From: Chlorokybus atmophyticus
Taxonomy: Eukaryota; Plantae; Mesostigma and Chlorokybus algae
NCBI GenBank assembly: GCA_009103225.1
Contig: RHPI01003009.1
Coordinates: forward strand, 210,091 to 274,090
Direction of reading: 5' to 3'
DNA: 64,000 bases
A model generated the notes under the pieces. That model ran no database searches and was not told where the DNA came from. It saw only the letters and a program-made list of their open reading frames with translations. Below are positions 36,010-49,205 of the stretch, piece after piece. Made by a program: the position numbers and the translations under genes. How positions within the stretch are numbered: the first letter of the stretch is position 1; every line of letters starts with the position of its first letter.

Positions 36010-36622
36010 GCACAACTACTGAGCCTCCTCGCCGCGAGCGTGATCGGGACGCTCCACCAGCATGCAGCAAAGGGAAACGGCTCATACTGCTTTGCCTTTT
36101 TATAAGGTTTTAGGCTCATAACATGTGTGACAAATGGTGCCCACATCCCACCGGGGCAGAGCACGGGCCACCAAGTTTGTGTTGTCCACTCGGGCGCAAT
36201 GAGGCACATGCGAGCTTTGCATTCGCGGGCATGGCAGCACAGTGCCCACACGGTGTGGTGGGGGATGGCACCAGCTGTTGCAACCACCCAAGTCAGAGTG
36301 CAAGGCATTGCCCGATGAGCCCAGACTTGGCAACACCGAGTTAAAGGCCACACACACAGTGTTGGCATCCGTGGTGAAATGGTCCACATCAAAGAGGCCC
36401 CGCTTGCGGACGAGTAAGCAAACCCAGGCTGTTTTTAGAGTCCTACCATTCCAATCTGGTGCCTTCAAGAGCGCGTCCGCCTCCTGATAAAGCTCGCGTG
36501 GTAACCACTCCACGTCCGAGCGGATGCAATGGAAAAAGATGCGATATGCCACTTGCAAGTGTTTGGCCTCACTGCCCCCTTTGCGCATAAAGTAGTACAC
36601 ATTGCGGGCATCGCCATGACAC
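36010..36622 (-). pseudogene. DIRS RNase H C-terminus plus Dam-like adenine methyltransferase fragment
   Basis: GDARNV...KGGS...IFFHC...SDVEWLPRE...ADAL (RH), then FDVDHFTT..NTVC..FNS...GNA...WCHPP (DIRS MT). Confidence 0.75.
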
Positions 36623-37600
36623 AGCGTCTCGATGCGTTGTACTTCAAGTCCACCACAGTCCATACTAAATAACTGGAGGCAAAGGCATGGTGATCAGCCC
36701 AGGGGAGGCTTTTAACATGCATGGAGACGAGGAGAACCAAGTTTAGCGCTTGCCAATGAGGTGGAGCTGACTCTGGGCCTGCACCAATAAAGGTGGGTGC
36801 CATACACATGCATGGAAGTTAGGCGAAGCACGGCGGACATGGTGAAAGAGGTAAAGGTGTGCGCAAGTGTTATGGCGTACGGATGCTCCAAACGAAGCAC
36901 GCAATAGCCAACACCAAATGGCACCCCTCGTGATTGTTGCATCAACACCATGGAGCAAAATGGCGTAGAGCAGGAAAACGACTTCCCCCAATAGGTGAGG
37001 AGGCTACTGCTGGGGATCAGAAGGAGCCTTATGCACGGACGGATGCTGTGACATTACCATCAAAGAAGCAAGAGGAAATGGCTATGAACGCACCAATGGT
37101 GGTGAGTTATGCAAAAGAGGAGACAACAGAGTATTCTGGGCTTCGAGCACACATTTGCGATCACCATGGACGATGGAGAAAGTATAAGCTCATGATTGAT
37201 AACGGTGCCAACATCAACTTTATGAGTATTGATATTTCGCGGTGTTATGGTTGGCTATCGTCATTATGAGAAGGTGAAGTGAAGCGCTGTAACAGTCAAG
37301 GCCAAAATTCGTGATTTCAATGGCCAATTTAGGCCTACTTGTGAGATATCATGTCTTTCATGACTTGTGGCGGATATTGGCGAGTTGCCAGTCTGCCGCA
37401 GATATCGACCGGCCCACGGCCAGTCTGGAAGACGCCAGACAATGGAGGGCCAGTTGAAAAAGGGCTCAACCAAATTTTTGGAAGGGCCTGGCGCCAAGTA
37501 GTATACTTAAAACCACATGAGCAGCAAATGAGGAGATCTTTGGTGCGTCGAAAAGGTCTAGAAGTGTCCTACAAGATTCTGCAAGAATAGCTGAGCTTCT
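36623..37600 (+). pseudogene. gypsy remnant: gag C-terminus and aspartic protease
   Basis: LMIDNGANINFMS protease motif. 36623-36777 repeats 38662-38812. Confidence 0.65.
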
Positions 37601-38813
37601 AATTCCGTCTAGCGCTATAATCGTCTAGACAGTAGTATGTGCTGGTAGTTGCAATACAACCTTTGGCTCCCTAGTTTCTTGTGTGCAAGCTTGGTGGTGG
37701 TTATCAGGGGTTGCTAGCGAGTGTCCACCAGTATGTGCTTGCTTGTGTGACAATCCAAGGCGCTACACATGTCGATGTGTAGCTTCGAGCGCATGCGCGT
37801 GCGTACGCGAGTGGCGGGGCGCACGTGCGATCTTGATACAAGAGGCAAGGTTTCGGTGTGAATACTGTGCCTTAATAAAAGGGTTGTTAATTGCACGAGC
37901 TCACAGGTGGCAAGGCACGAGCACCGTTACAACTGGTATCGGATCTATGGTTGCGGAGGTGCGAGTGTGGTAGCATTTCAAGGGATGAGGCTGCATACAC
38001 TCTACTGTGAAGGAAAGGAGGTAAAGATGGAGGATGTCCGTGTTGAGAAGCTTAAAATGCAATGTTGGCACTGCGAGAAGAGCTTCATCACATTCAAGCG
38101 GCGGCACAAGCACAACGCGAGGCGTATGAGCGTGCCATGGCGCATGCACAAGTTCCCACGGCGTCAAGCTCGCGCGTGCATGTGAAGGTGCCAAAACCAA
38201 AGCCATCTAAGGGTTAACGTGATGGAGATGTTGTGGACGAGTGGCTCTTCTAAGTGTCATCATGGTTTAAGCTCACAGAGGTAACTGCACACTGCAATCC
38301 GAAGGTTGCCGCGACATTGCTTGAAGGTGCAGCACTTATGTGGTGGAGGCATCGATGTACGCGTGTTGCAAATGGGTTGGCGCTACCATTGACCACTATG
38401 GAAGAGTTGGCCATGGAGGTTAGGCTTTAGTTTGTTTCCGTGAGAGCGTGAAGGCCGCACGCGACAAACTTGCGGCCCTTGTGCAAGTGGGGTTGGTGAT
38501 GGCGTACACGGCTGCGTTTCAACTATTGGTGATGTCCATACCCATCATGACCGAGGAGGAGCAGCTGAATAGGTATACAAGTGGTTTTAAATCTTTAGGG
38601 CGTAAAGAAGTGGTGCTACGGGACCCGAAAACACTCGTGGAGGCTATGCGCATCGCGGAGCGTCTCGACGCGTTGTACTTCAAGTCCACCACAAGAAGCA
38701 CTGCCTGGAGGCAAAGGCATGGTGATCAGCCCTGGGGAGGCTTTTAATATGCATGGAGACGAGGAGAACCAAGTTTAGCGCTTGCCCATGGAGGTGGAGC
38801 TGACTCTGAGCTT
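37600..38813 (+). pseudogene. gypsy remnant: LTR end, PBS-like site and degenerate gag related to the 48204 gag
   Basis: GAGCACCGTTACA (ends 37931) plus TGGTATC mirrors the 48116-48129 LTR/PBS. VKVPKPKP and EEEQLNRYTSG match the chromovirus gag. Left border uncertain. Confidence 0.7.
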
Positions 38814-41800
38814 GCGTGATGGGCGTAATGAATCTGCGCTTGTAGCATATATATGCTCTTAACGTTCAAGAGCATATTATGCTCTTAATCGCCAAGAGCA
38901 TAAACCTACCAAGAGCCTACGATTTTTAAGGATATTAGTATCACTGGTGATTCTAAGCCCCCCTGATACATATATTTTCAAGATGTTTGGTCTTAATAGT
39001 CAACAAAAATAGGGGTGAATAGCCTAGAATACGGCGTCCCTGGCTCCTTCGTGTCGAGGTGAATATTCAGACCGCTTGGTCTGAAAGGTGTTGAAGCCTA
39101 TTCAATGTAATCGTTGGTGAATATCCCTGTGGCAATTAGATTGCACACTAGTCCTATATGTGGGGCATTTATTCACTTGCAATGGAGCTGTACATGTTTT
39201 GATCCAACATTTTCTCCTGCTTGCCAGTCGAGGGGCCTGCCTCCTTAGACTTGTAGGGAGCCGAAATTGAGCGAACAGTCTTTGCTTTCTTTTGGGGGCT
39301 TGACACCTCAGTCTCTTGCCAGCAGCATACACATCAAATTGTGAGCCACAACGTAATGCTATGCCATTCGTTGTGAAGCAGAGTGGTGCGTACATCACCA
39401 GACACTTTGCGCTTCCCTTGCCCTCTGCCTTCCTTTTTAATGAGCTCCACGATCTTCGCGGCGTCCTGTGTTACATGTGGTGCGGTTTTTGTTGCAACAA
39501 CTGTTGCAATAAACTGATATGCTTGTTGGATACTTGCTCCAGTTATTGTTGCATACCTTGAGAGCTGAGCTGATATCACGCACATCAGCATCCTGTTTGG
39601 CAGGTGTATGAACACAACAGTCATGAACGGTCATGATGACATGTACAGGAGAGTACAAGCATTGGCTGCTCGTGTAATGATGACAGACATCCAACCAATG
39701 AACCAGTAGCGGGTGACCTTGTGGGTTGTGGCGCAGTGCCTTCCTTGATACCTATCGCATGCACAAGGCACCGATCCTAACAGTGTATACACAGTACCTC
39801 TCGCAGCGGCCTGCGCCCGCAAAACATGGCTCACGCTGCGAGGTGACACTTCGGACGTCGCTGGCGTTGCTAGCGTGAGGTGAACGCGTGGGCGCCGTGC
39901 ATGCACAGGGGACTATCATACACACCTCACACCCTGCATACATAAGGCACCATCAGACACAAAGTGTGTCGTTCTCAACATAGTCATTTACCAAACCGTA
40001 GCTCACCCTGTGAAGTGGCATTCTCGGCGTCGTTGGCAGAGTGGTGCAGCGAGGAGCTGTCTCTTGTCTTTGACTTGTCTTTGACCTGCAATTATGCACA
40101 TGGCAAAGGCATTTAGTACATGCAAACATTGCACAGACAACTCAGTCACTGCATGGCACACACCTTGTTGTTTTTGTCCCTGGGCGCTCCCTTGCGCTTT
40201 CGTTAAAACCTCCCTGCTTCAGCGCGCTCTATCATCTCCTTGTAACGTTCCCTACTCTTCTGTCTCTGCCTTTCTTTGTGCTTGGCGTTGGTATACCTTT
40301 TTGTTGATAAGAAAGTCCTGCATTATCGTTTTTGCTTGCACCAGGCCCCGAGTGGTGACTGCCACCGAATGCAAAATCCTTCAAGCTTGAACGATGTTGC
40401 ATGACAGCTGGTGACTCTCACATCCTTGCCAACCTTTTAAGACGGAACTCTGGATAAAGTAGATGCCAGCATGTCACTGCAAAAGCAAACTTAAGTGGTC
40501 CTACTTCGTCTGGGTCTTCCCCGATAGCAAACAACAGTACTTATAGCAAATCCGCCCTTGTCCGCCAGCTTTATGATATTGCGGCGATCAATGCTATAAT
40601 GCTGGCCACGCCAATGAAGGACCTTTAGTGCCTGCACAGTGCTAGTACTCCATAGTAGAGCGCTGTTACAACAATATCAATAGTGTGAGTTGCTTGTGCA
40701 AACCTCAAAAATCGAGACAGACTCCGGCAACACATGCTGATATCGACAGTGGTTGCTTGCACATCATTGTAAGCTCACTTTCAAGGGCATCATTGCTGTG
40801 GTCTCAAGATTGCGGAGGTGAGCCGTCTCCTCAAATTTTTCCCACTCACGCTGGAGCTGCTCATCTGATGGTGCAACAGCATTTTTGCCCCGGATCTCAT
40901 CGTCCAAGTTTTCCCAGCCTCCACTCAGGTCGCTAGCCCGCCCACCAGACGTCGTGCCTAACATGACTACTGCTCCATCTATGTATTGAGTAGGTCAAAC
41001 TAGTAGGTCAAACTGCTTGTCAAGCTGTGCACAACCGCAACACTGTTCAACCAAAAACCTCAGTTAACGGCCTCAGTTGACTGCAGCTGCTTGGCCATGT
41101 GCATGTGCTTCACACATCAAGTAAACCGTACTTCACCTTGCCAAAGCACGTCGTTTAGCTCCTTGCCAGCTGAACATGACTTAGTCCAGCTGAACAGCAA
41201 GCTAGCAGGCATATGCCAGTGCATGTACAAACCTTGCCTGCATGTCTACAAGAAAGTTGTGCTTTATGGTCATGAGGAATTGAGTATCAAACCGATAGCA
41301 GCACAGTGAGACAAGTGTGCCACTAGTAGCCGCTCACTTACCGCCGCCGTCGCCGCCGCCAACACCATGAGCAACAAGCACTGCGTAGGGTATTGCCGTG
41401 CGTATGGAATCGGTTGTGCATTCGCTCAACACGTCAGCAAATATGCATATCGGACACTAGTAACGACTTAGCTGTCTCCAACCTACCATAATAAATGCCG
41501 CCTGTCACAAGCACAAAGATGACAATGAATAATGTTACATTTGTGTACTGTAGTGTACCGAATTGCTTATGTGATAATAAAGAATAAACAACTCGAACAT
41601 CTGTTTAGGCGGAGCTACAACTAGTAGTTATAGCTTTGTGGTTGTCAACTACTACTGCCAGTGTGGCTCACGAATTCCACGCTGGTGTGGATGTTGCGAG
41701 CCCCACTGGTAGTAGTAGCAGCATCTCACCCACAACCATCACAACTGCAGACGCATTTACAAGAAGTGAAACCATGCAACCTGGACATCGGGGTCTTACG

Positions 41801-42927
41801 CACGAGGCTGCCCCAGCGTTTTGCGCCAACCAACTTATGTAAGGGCACAGAGAAGGACACCGAGGCCTTGCGCACGAGGCTGCGCCAGCACATACATATC
41901 CTGCAACCGGTGGTCAACAAAATGTCATTTGTATGACACCTTGCATGTGTTGCTGCGTGCTGACTAGACTACACGTTGTGCATGCACAAACATATCCTGC
42001 ATTTTATGTACACCAACACATGTCGGCGAATGCAATCTGTGACGGACATCAGCAGACCATGTACACAGCCTAAGTTGTACTCCAACCATTGCATACTTTG
42101 ATGCAGTGCTGCAGACTGATCGCACACATGCATCTACACATACTTACATGCAAGGGCATATATATACATGGGCCAAGGTCACTGCTCGCCAATGTCATTG
42201 GCCAAGGTCAATGCTGAACCTGGTACATAGCTCAGACAGCACCACTTTGACAGCCTGAACCTGCACAAAACTGTACACGCACTGCATGTGCACAGAGTCA
42301 TTGGGCCTCGGGTAGCTGCATGGGCCAAGGTTCATCCACAATAGATATGAGCGGCCCTGCGCGCAGCACATCCCCCACAGCTGATCCCGATGCAAGGCTC
42401 CAGCCAACTGGAGCCTTATTGACGGTCTCGATGGTGAGACGTACAGCAGTATAGCCAATGACGCCAATGTCGAAGGACGTGAGCAGTGGCATGGGATCGG
42501 GCTCAGGGTCGGGCACAGGGTCACGCGGCGCCGCCGGGCTGGTGGCACTCTCATGCTGCGATACATTGCACGTCACTTGACTATTCACAACGGGTGGAAT
42601 AGCCAAAGGGCCAGTGTTCTCGTAGCCATGTGTGAATACCGCACAGTCATCAAGCTTGCACTGCTTGTATCCGTCATCGATGCTAACCTTCCCCAACCAG
42701 CGCTGCACCTTCCCCGGGCCCACCCACCTGGAGAAGTTTGTTAGTCAATTCTAGCCTCATTTAAGGCAATGGTTGCGGCGTCTTTGAATGCGTCTTGGGA
42801 CGCTTTGCCAGGCCTCCGCTCGCGCCCTGCATGTACATGCACGCAGGTTTGACTGAGTTCACGGGCTCGCAATCGAAGGAAACTTACACACCACAACAAG
42901 CAACGACACGAGCCCAAGCCCCCCCCC

Positions 42928-43717
42928 NNNNNNNNNNNNNNNNNNNNNNNNNNNNNNNNNNNNNNNNNNNNNNNNNNNNNNNNNNNNNNNNNNNNNNNNN
43001 NNNNNNNNNNNNNNNNNNNNNNNNNNNNNNNNNNNNNNNNNNNNNNNNNNNNNNNNNNNNNNNNNNNNNNNNNNNNNNNNNNNNNNNNNNNNNNNNNNNN
43101 NNNNNNNNNNNNNNNNNNNNNNNNNNNNNNNNNNNNNNNNNNNNNNNNNNNNNNNNNNNNNNNNNNNNNNNNNNNNNNNNNNNNNNNNNNNNNNNNNNNN
43201 NNNNNNNNNNNNNNNNNNNNNNNNNNNNNNNNNNNNNNNNNNNNNNNNNNNNNNNNNNNNNNNNNNNNNNNNNNNNNNNNNNNNNNNNNNNNNNNNNNNN
43301 NNNNNNNNNNNNNNNNNNNNNNNNNNNNNNNNNNNNNNNNNNNNNNNNNNNNNNNNNNNNNNNNNNNNNNNNNNNNNNNNNNNNNNNNNNNNNNNNNNNN
43401 NNNNNNNNNNNNNNNNNNNNNNNNNNNNNNNNNNNNNNNNNNNNNNNNNNNNNNNNNNNNNNNNNNNNNNNNNNNNNNNNNNNNNNNNNNNNNNNNNNNN
43501 NNNNNNNNNNNNNNNNNNNNNNNNNNNNNNNNNNNNNNNNNNNNNNNNNNNNNNNNNNNNNNNNNNNNNNNNNNNNNNNNNNNNNNNNNNNNNNNNNNNN
43601 NNNNNNNNNNNNNNNNNNNNNNNNNNNNNNNNNNNNNNNNNNNNNNNNNNNNNNNNNNNNNNNNNNNNNNNNNNNNNNNNNNNNNNNNNNNNNNNNNNNN
43701 NNNNNNNNNNNNNNNNN
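42928..43717. other. assembly gap (790 N)
   Basis: Run of N. Confidence 1.
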
Positions 43718-43848
43718 CCACACACACGCACATATGTGAAGGCAAGTAAGCAAACCATCTAAGCGATCGCACCCAAGCACAGGTGACCACCGCAAAACTA
43801 CTGAAACTAAAACCCACACGCATAATGCAAGCATGCAACCTGGACACC

Positions 43849-44105
43849 GAGGCCTTACGCACGAGGCCGCCTCAGCGTTTTCCCCCAACTTGTGCAAGGG
43901 CGCAGGGAGGGTCACCGAGGCCTTACACACGAGGCTGCCCCAGCGTTTTCCCAAAACCAACTTGTGCAAGGGCGCAGTGAAGGTCACCGAGGCCTTACGC
44001 ACGAGGCTGCCCCAGCGTTTCACCCCCTCAACCAACTTGTGCAAAGGCGCAGGGAAGGTCACTGAGGCCTTTCGCACGAGGCTGCCCCAGCGTTTTGCCC
44101 CAACC
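43849..44105 (+). repeat. minisatellite, four ~68-75 bp units with core GAGGCCTTACGCACGAGGCTGCCCCAGCGTTT
   Basis: Units start at about 43849, 43917, 43989 and 44064. Related copies at 41791 and 41862, and inverted at 46572 and 46674. Confidence 0.9.
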
Positions 44106-47100
44106 ACGAGAAGTAACAACACAAGCCCAACCCACCCACCCACACACACATGGTCACACACACACACACCGGCACACGCACAGATGTTCAGGCAAGCAAA
44201 CAAACCAAGCAAGCGCTCCTAAGCGCAGGTGACCATCAGCTGCTTACCGGCGAGGGCGGCGGCACGGGACTTCCTCAACAAAAACTAGCACCGGCGGCGG
44301 CACGGGAACTCCCCACAAGAGCATGGGCGCTCTATCATGGCTAGCCATGGCATTGGCGGCGTGGGTGACAGCGACATGATACCCATCAGGGCTACCCATA
44401 AACTTAGGCTTGTCAGACTCACTGCCACAATCAGCAAAAATTGCAGCCTATTTGCACCAAGTTGAGCACACAGCCGTTTGGCCAGCTGTTACACCCCTCA
44501 CATGCCTCTCAATTTGAGAGGCGGGTGTCAGGTAGTAGAATATCGCTCCTCAACAGGACCGATCAGGTACGAATTAGGGTTTGGAGTTGCGGGCGGCGTG
44601 GTCGGCGGCAGTATCAGCGGCGTGGGCGGCAGCGTCAGGGGTGACTTTGCAACTGTCAATTCTCAGTCCTCTGCTGACGCACTAGGCTGTCAGTAATGGG
44701 CTAAGACTCGACAGGGTGTCACATTATGAAACCCTCGTCCACGCCGGTTGTGTGCATGTTGGGCGTCAAAGTTGTTGCAGTTGTAGTCTTGTATCCGAAG
44801 GCGCCGCCGCCGTCTCTGTTCCCACAGTACTTCTTCCCTCGCCGCCACGCCTTAAGATCTGGTAGTCTACCTCACTGTGTGTAAACCTTCTTGTTGTGCA
44901 GGCTTGCTCTGGTTTGTGTATGCACAAAGTTGAGATGCTTCATTGTCTGTGCATATTTGTGTGCATATGTGTTTGTGTGTTGACCAAGTCAGTCAATGCA
45001 CGGCCAGCCTCTTCTTGCTCAGTCTCTGTTGGCATGCATGCTTGTGCATATCGGCTTGCCAATGTCATGCTGCTTACATGGACCTCTTCGTGTTCAAGGC
45101 CTCTTCTTGCTTAGTCTCTGATACCATGCATGCTTGTGCATGTCATCTTGCTAACTTCAAGCTGATCGCAGGTGCCTCGTCTGTGTGTCCACCCCGACCG
45201 CAAGACAGCAACAGCATGGAGACCCTGCTGCGCCGCGACGTGAGAGAGCTGCGGCAAACCGAGCTGCTGATATCTGTTGGTAGCATGCATTGTGACCAAA
45301 CTCTAGCAACGCAGGTGTCTGCACAGCGTTAAGAGATAAACAGGCTTGGTGTAGACCTGCAGGATGTTATAGCGGAGAATGTACGTGCCGCCCGCTACAA
45401 GCATAGATTCCGTCGCATGCGCTATCGCATGCGGAGGGTGCCCAATCTCCCCAATTACGTGAGGGAGGAGATTTACAACCTCTTCCTCCTGGCACTCGCT
45501 GCATCCGGTAGCGAGCTGTCGAAGTATACGGAGGCCACCATGGGAGACTACGACAGCGATGGTCACGGCTATGACTACTCCAATTAAGTCAACAGCAGTT
45601 TTCACCTTGTACATAGCTGCTCTATCAATGTCTTGCTGTTGAGGTTCCAGTAGGCTCTTAGCTGCTCGATCAATGGGCCATAAGACCAGTTCCAATAGGG
45701 CAGTGGCGTTGTATACATAAGCTTCCTGCCTGCCTGCAATAAGAACTTTCTGTTATAGTGGCTGATGTCTGTGCGTACGGGGTACTCCATCACACGCATG
45801 TCTTGCGGTTTCTGTATGCAACATGCTTACATGCGCAGTCTGTTACATGTCTAATGCATGCGCATATGCACGCCACATTGTATAACAAAAATAGCGGCGC
45901 CCCCAATCAACACACACCGCGCACCAACCATCACATTAACCAGCAACACCAGGCACAACCACAACAACTACAGCTAAGGGGGCCTTGTCTAGTGCAAGTG
46001 CTGAAATTATATGTGCACTTGTATCACGCACAAACTTACACAACCTTCACATGTGCAACTACTGTCTTTGTTTCCATGTGGTGTTGTTCTATAGTGACGG
46101 CCTATATCTGGTTGCTGCATATAGGACTACCTGGTGCAATTCATACCCTCCATATGCATCTTTACAAATGGATCAATGGCACCCATTTTGCAATACATCA
46201 CTTTATGACCCTTGCCCAGTACAGCGCCGCCTGACGCGCGGTACAGGGTTGCTTCAATGAATAGTGCACGGTTGTAGGGTTTGGAGTTGAGCACCTGCAG
46301 TAGTGCAGCATTTCTTGCATGACGTGGTTTGAGGCGGCGGGTGGTGGCGGCGGGGTGAGCGGGAGGCGGTGTGGTTGCTGTGGTGGTGTACTGCAAGCCT
46401 TTTCGCATCGGTGCTCCAACCGCTTTGTGTAGATCTCTTGCAGCTTCATAGGCAGCTTGGTAGGGTTTGAAGAATTCGCAAGCCAGGTGTAGTGCATGCC
46501 GCGCTCCTCTTTTTTTGTGCTTGTTTTGCTGACCGCTCTTAAGGCCCATTCTTGCTCATGCTGATCGTAGGGGGCAGCCTCATGCGTAAGGCCCCTGCAT
46601 GCTCATGCTGACCTCAAGCAAATCTTGCCTTGCTCGTTGTCAATTTACGCCTCTGTTCATGCTGACCTCATATGGCAGCCTCGTGCGTAAGGCCCCTGCT
46701 TGCTCAGTTCTAAACTTGGTTCACATAATCACTTCGTGTCTGCTTGTAAGTTTCTCTGTGTGTGTTGACACAGGTTGTTCATAGTGGCAACAAAGCAGAA
46801 GGTCTTGTTAAGTAGTCAGCAGCAGCGTGCAGGTACTCTTGGAATGTGTAAACTTTCTCACACAAACTCGTGCTCATACCGGTCATTGCAACCAGGAAAA
46901 GAGGTGAAGAAGCCGCAGATCCGGGCAAACAAGACCGACAAAGACTCTTCGTTCCTCGGAGGTTTTCGATGATTTCAAGGCTCTTTGCGTAGGTTATGCA
47001 AAAGTATGGAGAGAGGAAAAGGGAGGCTGCCCTACATGGGAAAAGCTGGTGGTCAAATACAAGCAGCGGTTGGAGAAAGCTGATTTGCTCGCCCTCTCAC

Positions 47101-48203
47101 ATGAATAGAGGGTCAAGTTGAATCACTTCTTGCGGCGGCAGCTCAGCAAGCTGTGTGACAAGCAGGCAGCAGCTGCGAGTATTGACCTTGGGACCCTTGT
47201 CGGAGAACCTGAAGCGGAAGTGGGCACATCAACGGGTCATGCATCTGCTGATGGTCGTCATCGTTGTTGGGAGTTTGGTCTACCTCCTCCACAACCAGGC
47301 GATGCGGTGGAGCTGATTGGGCTGCTGCTGCATGAGACAAGACTGCGGCTCTTTGATGCCTATGCTGATGGCAACTGCTTCTACTCTTGCATTGCCCAGT
47401 CGCCCTCCCGTTAACGCTGCGTGCCTGAAACGCGTGGGCGCAATCAACAACGAGGCTTTCTTGCGAAGCATTGTTGTAACAGCCTGGGGCATGTTTTGTA
47501 TTTTATTGTACATAAAGTACTTATTTTGCCTTTTTTGCTGGCTTGATGAGGGCTTTTATGAGCTTTATTAAGCCCATGTTGCGCCTGCCCCTGCTGCCGC
47601 GCGCGACTCGCCTGCGACCTGCTCGACAGCAGCTAATTCGGCGACGTGACCCACCTGCCACGCGGTTGTGACACAGCCGCTGACTGGACACGCGCTGTGC
47701 AGTGCCAGGTGACGCGGAGTGCACAGTCACACAGCCGCCGAAAGCCCAACGCGCGTGGCGGGGAGCCTGCACTTGGACCTGCCCTTAGATTTGGTAGTGA
47801 ATAATGAAATGCCTGTTAATTAGGCTATTTCTTCCTAGTGCTTGTATAAATAGAAAAACCCTGTGTAATGCAACCAACTTTGTTTTCTGCTCTCTGCTGT
47901 GAGTATGCTGGTGCATGCTTGAGGGAGTTGTGGTCCAAGGCACACTGCTGCGTTCTTACTTGGCATGAGAAGTAGTAGTGTTCGTGTGCGTGGGCGCGCT
48001 CGACGCGTGCGTGCGTGCGCGAGTGAAGGCAAGGTTCCGGTGTGAAGATTGTGCTCAGCTGCACACATGTGTTGTATGACTTGTGTGCTGTGTATGTGAG
48101 CACGAGCATCGTTACAGTGGTATCAGAGCCCTTGGAGGGGTTGGGTTTGTTGTTTTAAGGGGATATTAACTATCTCTTTGGTGTGTGAGGTATTTTTCTG
48201 TTT

Positions 48204-49205
48204 ATGGACGCTACCATGGATGATGCACGTGTTGTGGAGCTTCAGCAAGTGCTGGTAGCTGCTCATGAGGAGCTGCAACGTGTCCAAGCATCTGCCCAAG
48301 CTCAAGCGGCACAATTTCAACAAGCCATGGCGCAAGCGCGCGCGTCCACGCCCGTTACAGCTCCTGTGGTTGCCCCATCAGCCTCTTGTCATGTGAAGCT
48401 ACGAAAACCAAAGCCATTCAAGGGTCAGAGGGACGGTGACTGTGTGGAGGAATGGGTGTTTGCCGTTTCGACATGGTTAAAGCTCACCGAGGTACCTATA
48501 CATCTCCGTGTCGATGTGGCTGCTACTTTCTTTGAGGGAGCTGCACTTGTGTGGTGGCGTCATCGTTGTGCTCGTGTGGAAGCTGGTCTTGAGGTTCCTT
48601 TCACTACCGTGGCTGAGCTGGCTGCTGAGGTGAAGAAACAGTTCGTACCGGTGGAGAGTGTGAAGACGGCACGCGACCAGCTCTCTACGCTTGTGCAAAC
48701 GCAGTCCGTGATGGCCTATACCTCTGCGTTTCAGCGTCTTGTGCTCTCTGTACCGAACATGACTGAGGAGGAGCAGCTGGACCGCTACACGCGCGGGAAG
48801 ACTCTTTGTCGCAAGGAAGTTGAACTTCCTGACGCCAAGACTCTCGCGGAGGCCATTTGCATTGCTGAGCGCACGGACGTGTTGTACTTCAAGGGGGCTG
48901 CCAAAAACACTGATCGTGGACATTACAATCACTTCCGTGGAGGTTCGTATCGCTCATACGCATCTGTTGGGGCTGGTTCGGGAGCTGCAGCAACTCAGGG
49001 GGCTGGCTTGGGACCAACTCCAATGGAATTGGGTGCGCTCCATGTTGCTATGAAGGCCCCAAAGGGTCGGGAGGCTGCCAAGGCTGTTCGGAAGTGCTGG
49101 GAGTGCTCTTCTGCTGATCACGTGCGCTCCAACTGCCCTATCTATAAGGCAAAGTCTGCTGCACATGCCCGCAACGCTCGCNTGCTCGCAGCGGTGGACG
49201 TGTGA
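48204..49205 (+). CDS. gypsy gag with zinc knuckle
   Basis: PKPFKGQRD, retrotransposon gag core, TPMELG, CWECSSADHVRSNC. Confidence 0.9.
   Translation: MDATMDDARVVELQQVLVAAHEELQRVQASAQAQAAQFQQAMAQARASTPVTAPVVAPSASCHVKLRKPKPFKGQRDGDCVEEWVFAVSTWLKLTEVPIHLRVDVAATFFEGAALVWWRHRCARVEAGLEVPFTTVAELAAEVKKQFVPVESVKTARDQLSTLVQTQSVMAYTSAFQRLVLSVPNMTEEEQLDRYTRGKTLCRKEVELPDAKTLAEAICIAERTDVLYFKGAAKNTDRGHYNHFRGGSYRSYASVGAGSGAAATQGAGLGPTPMELGALHVAMKAPKGREAAKAVRKCWECSSADHVRSNCPIYKAKSAAHARNARXLAAVDV

Noticed and set aside
40560-40610. RNIIKLADKGGFAI as a Penelope-type RT motif
   Set aside because: Too short, and no other RT motifs nearby.
43849-44105. CRISPR-like repeat-spacer array
   Set aside because: The sequences between the cores are similar to each other, the context is eukaryotic and there are no cas genes; it is a minisatellite.
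42741-44212. ORFs of 299-442 aa in the track
   Set aside because: Artefacts of the N gap.
46127-46549. SET-domain reading of ...AIDPFVKMHMEGMNCTR
   Set aside because: The NHSC and ELxFDY motifs are missing.
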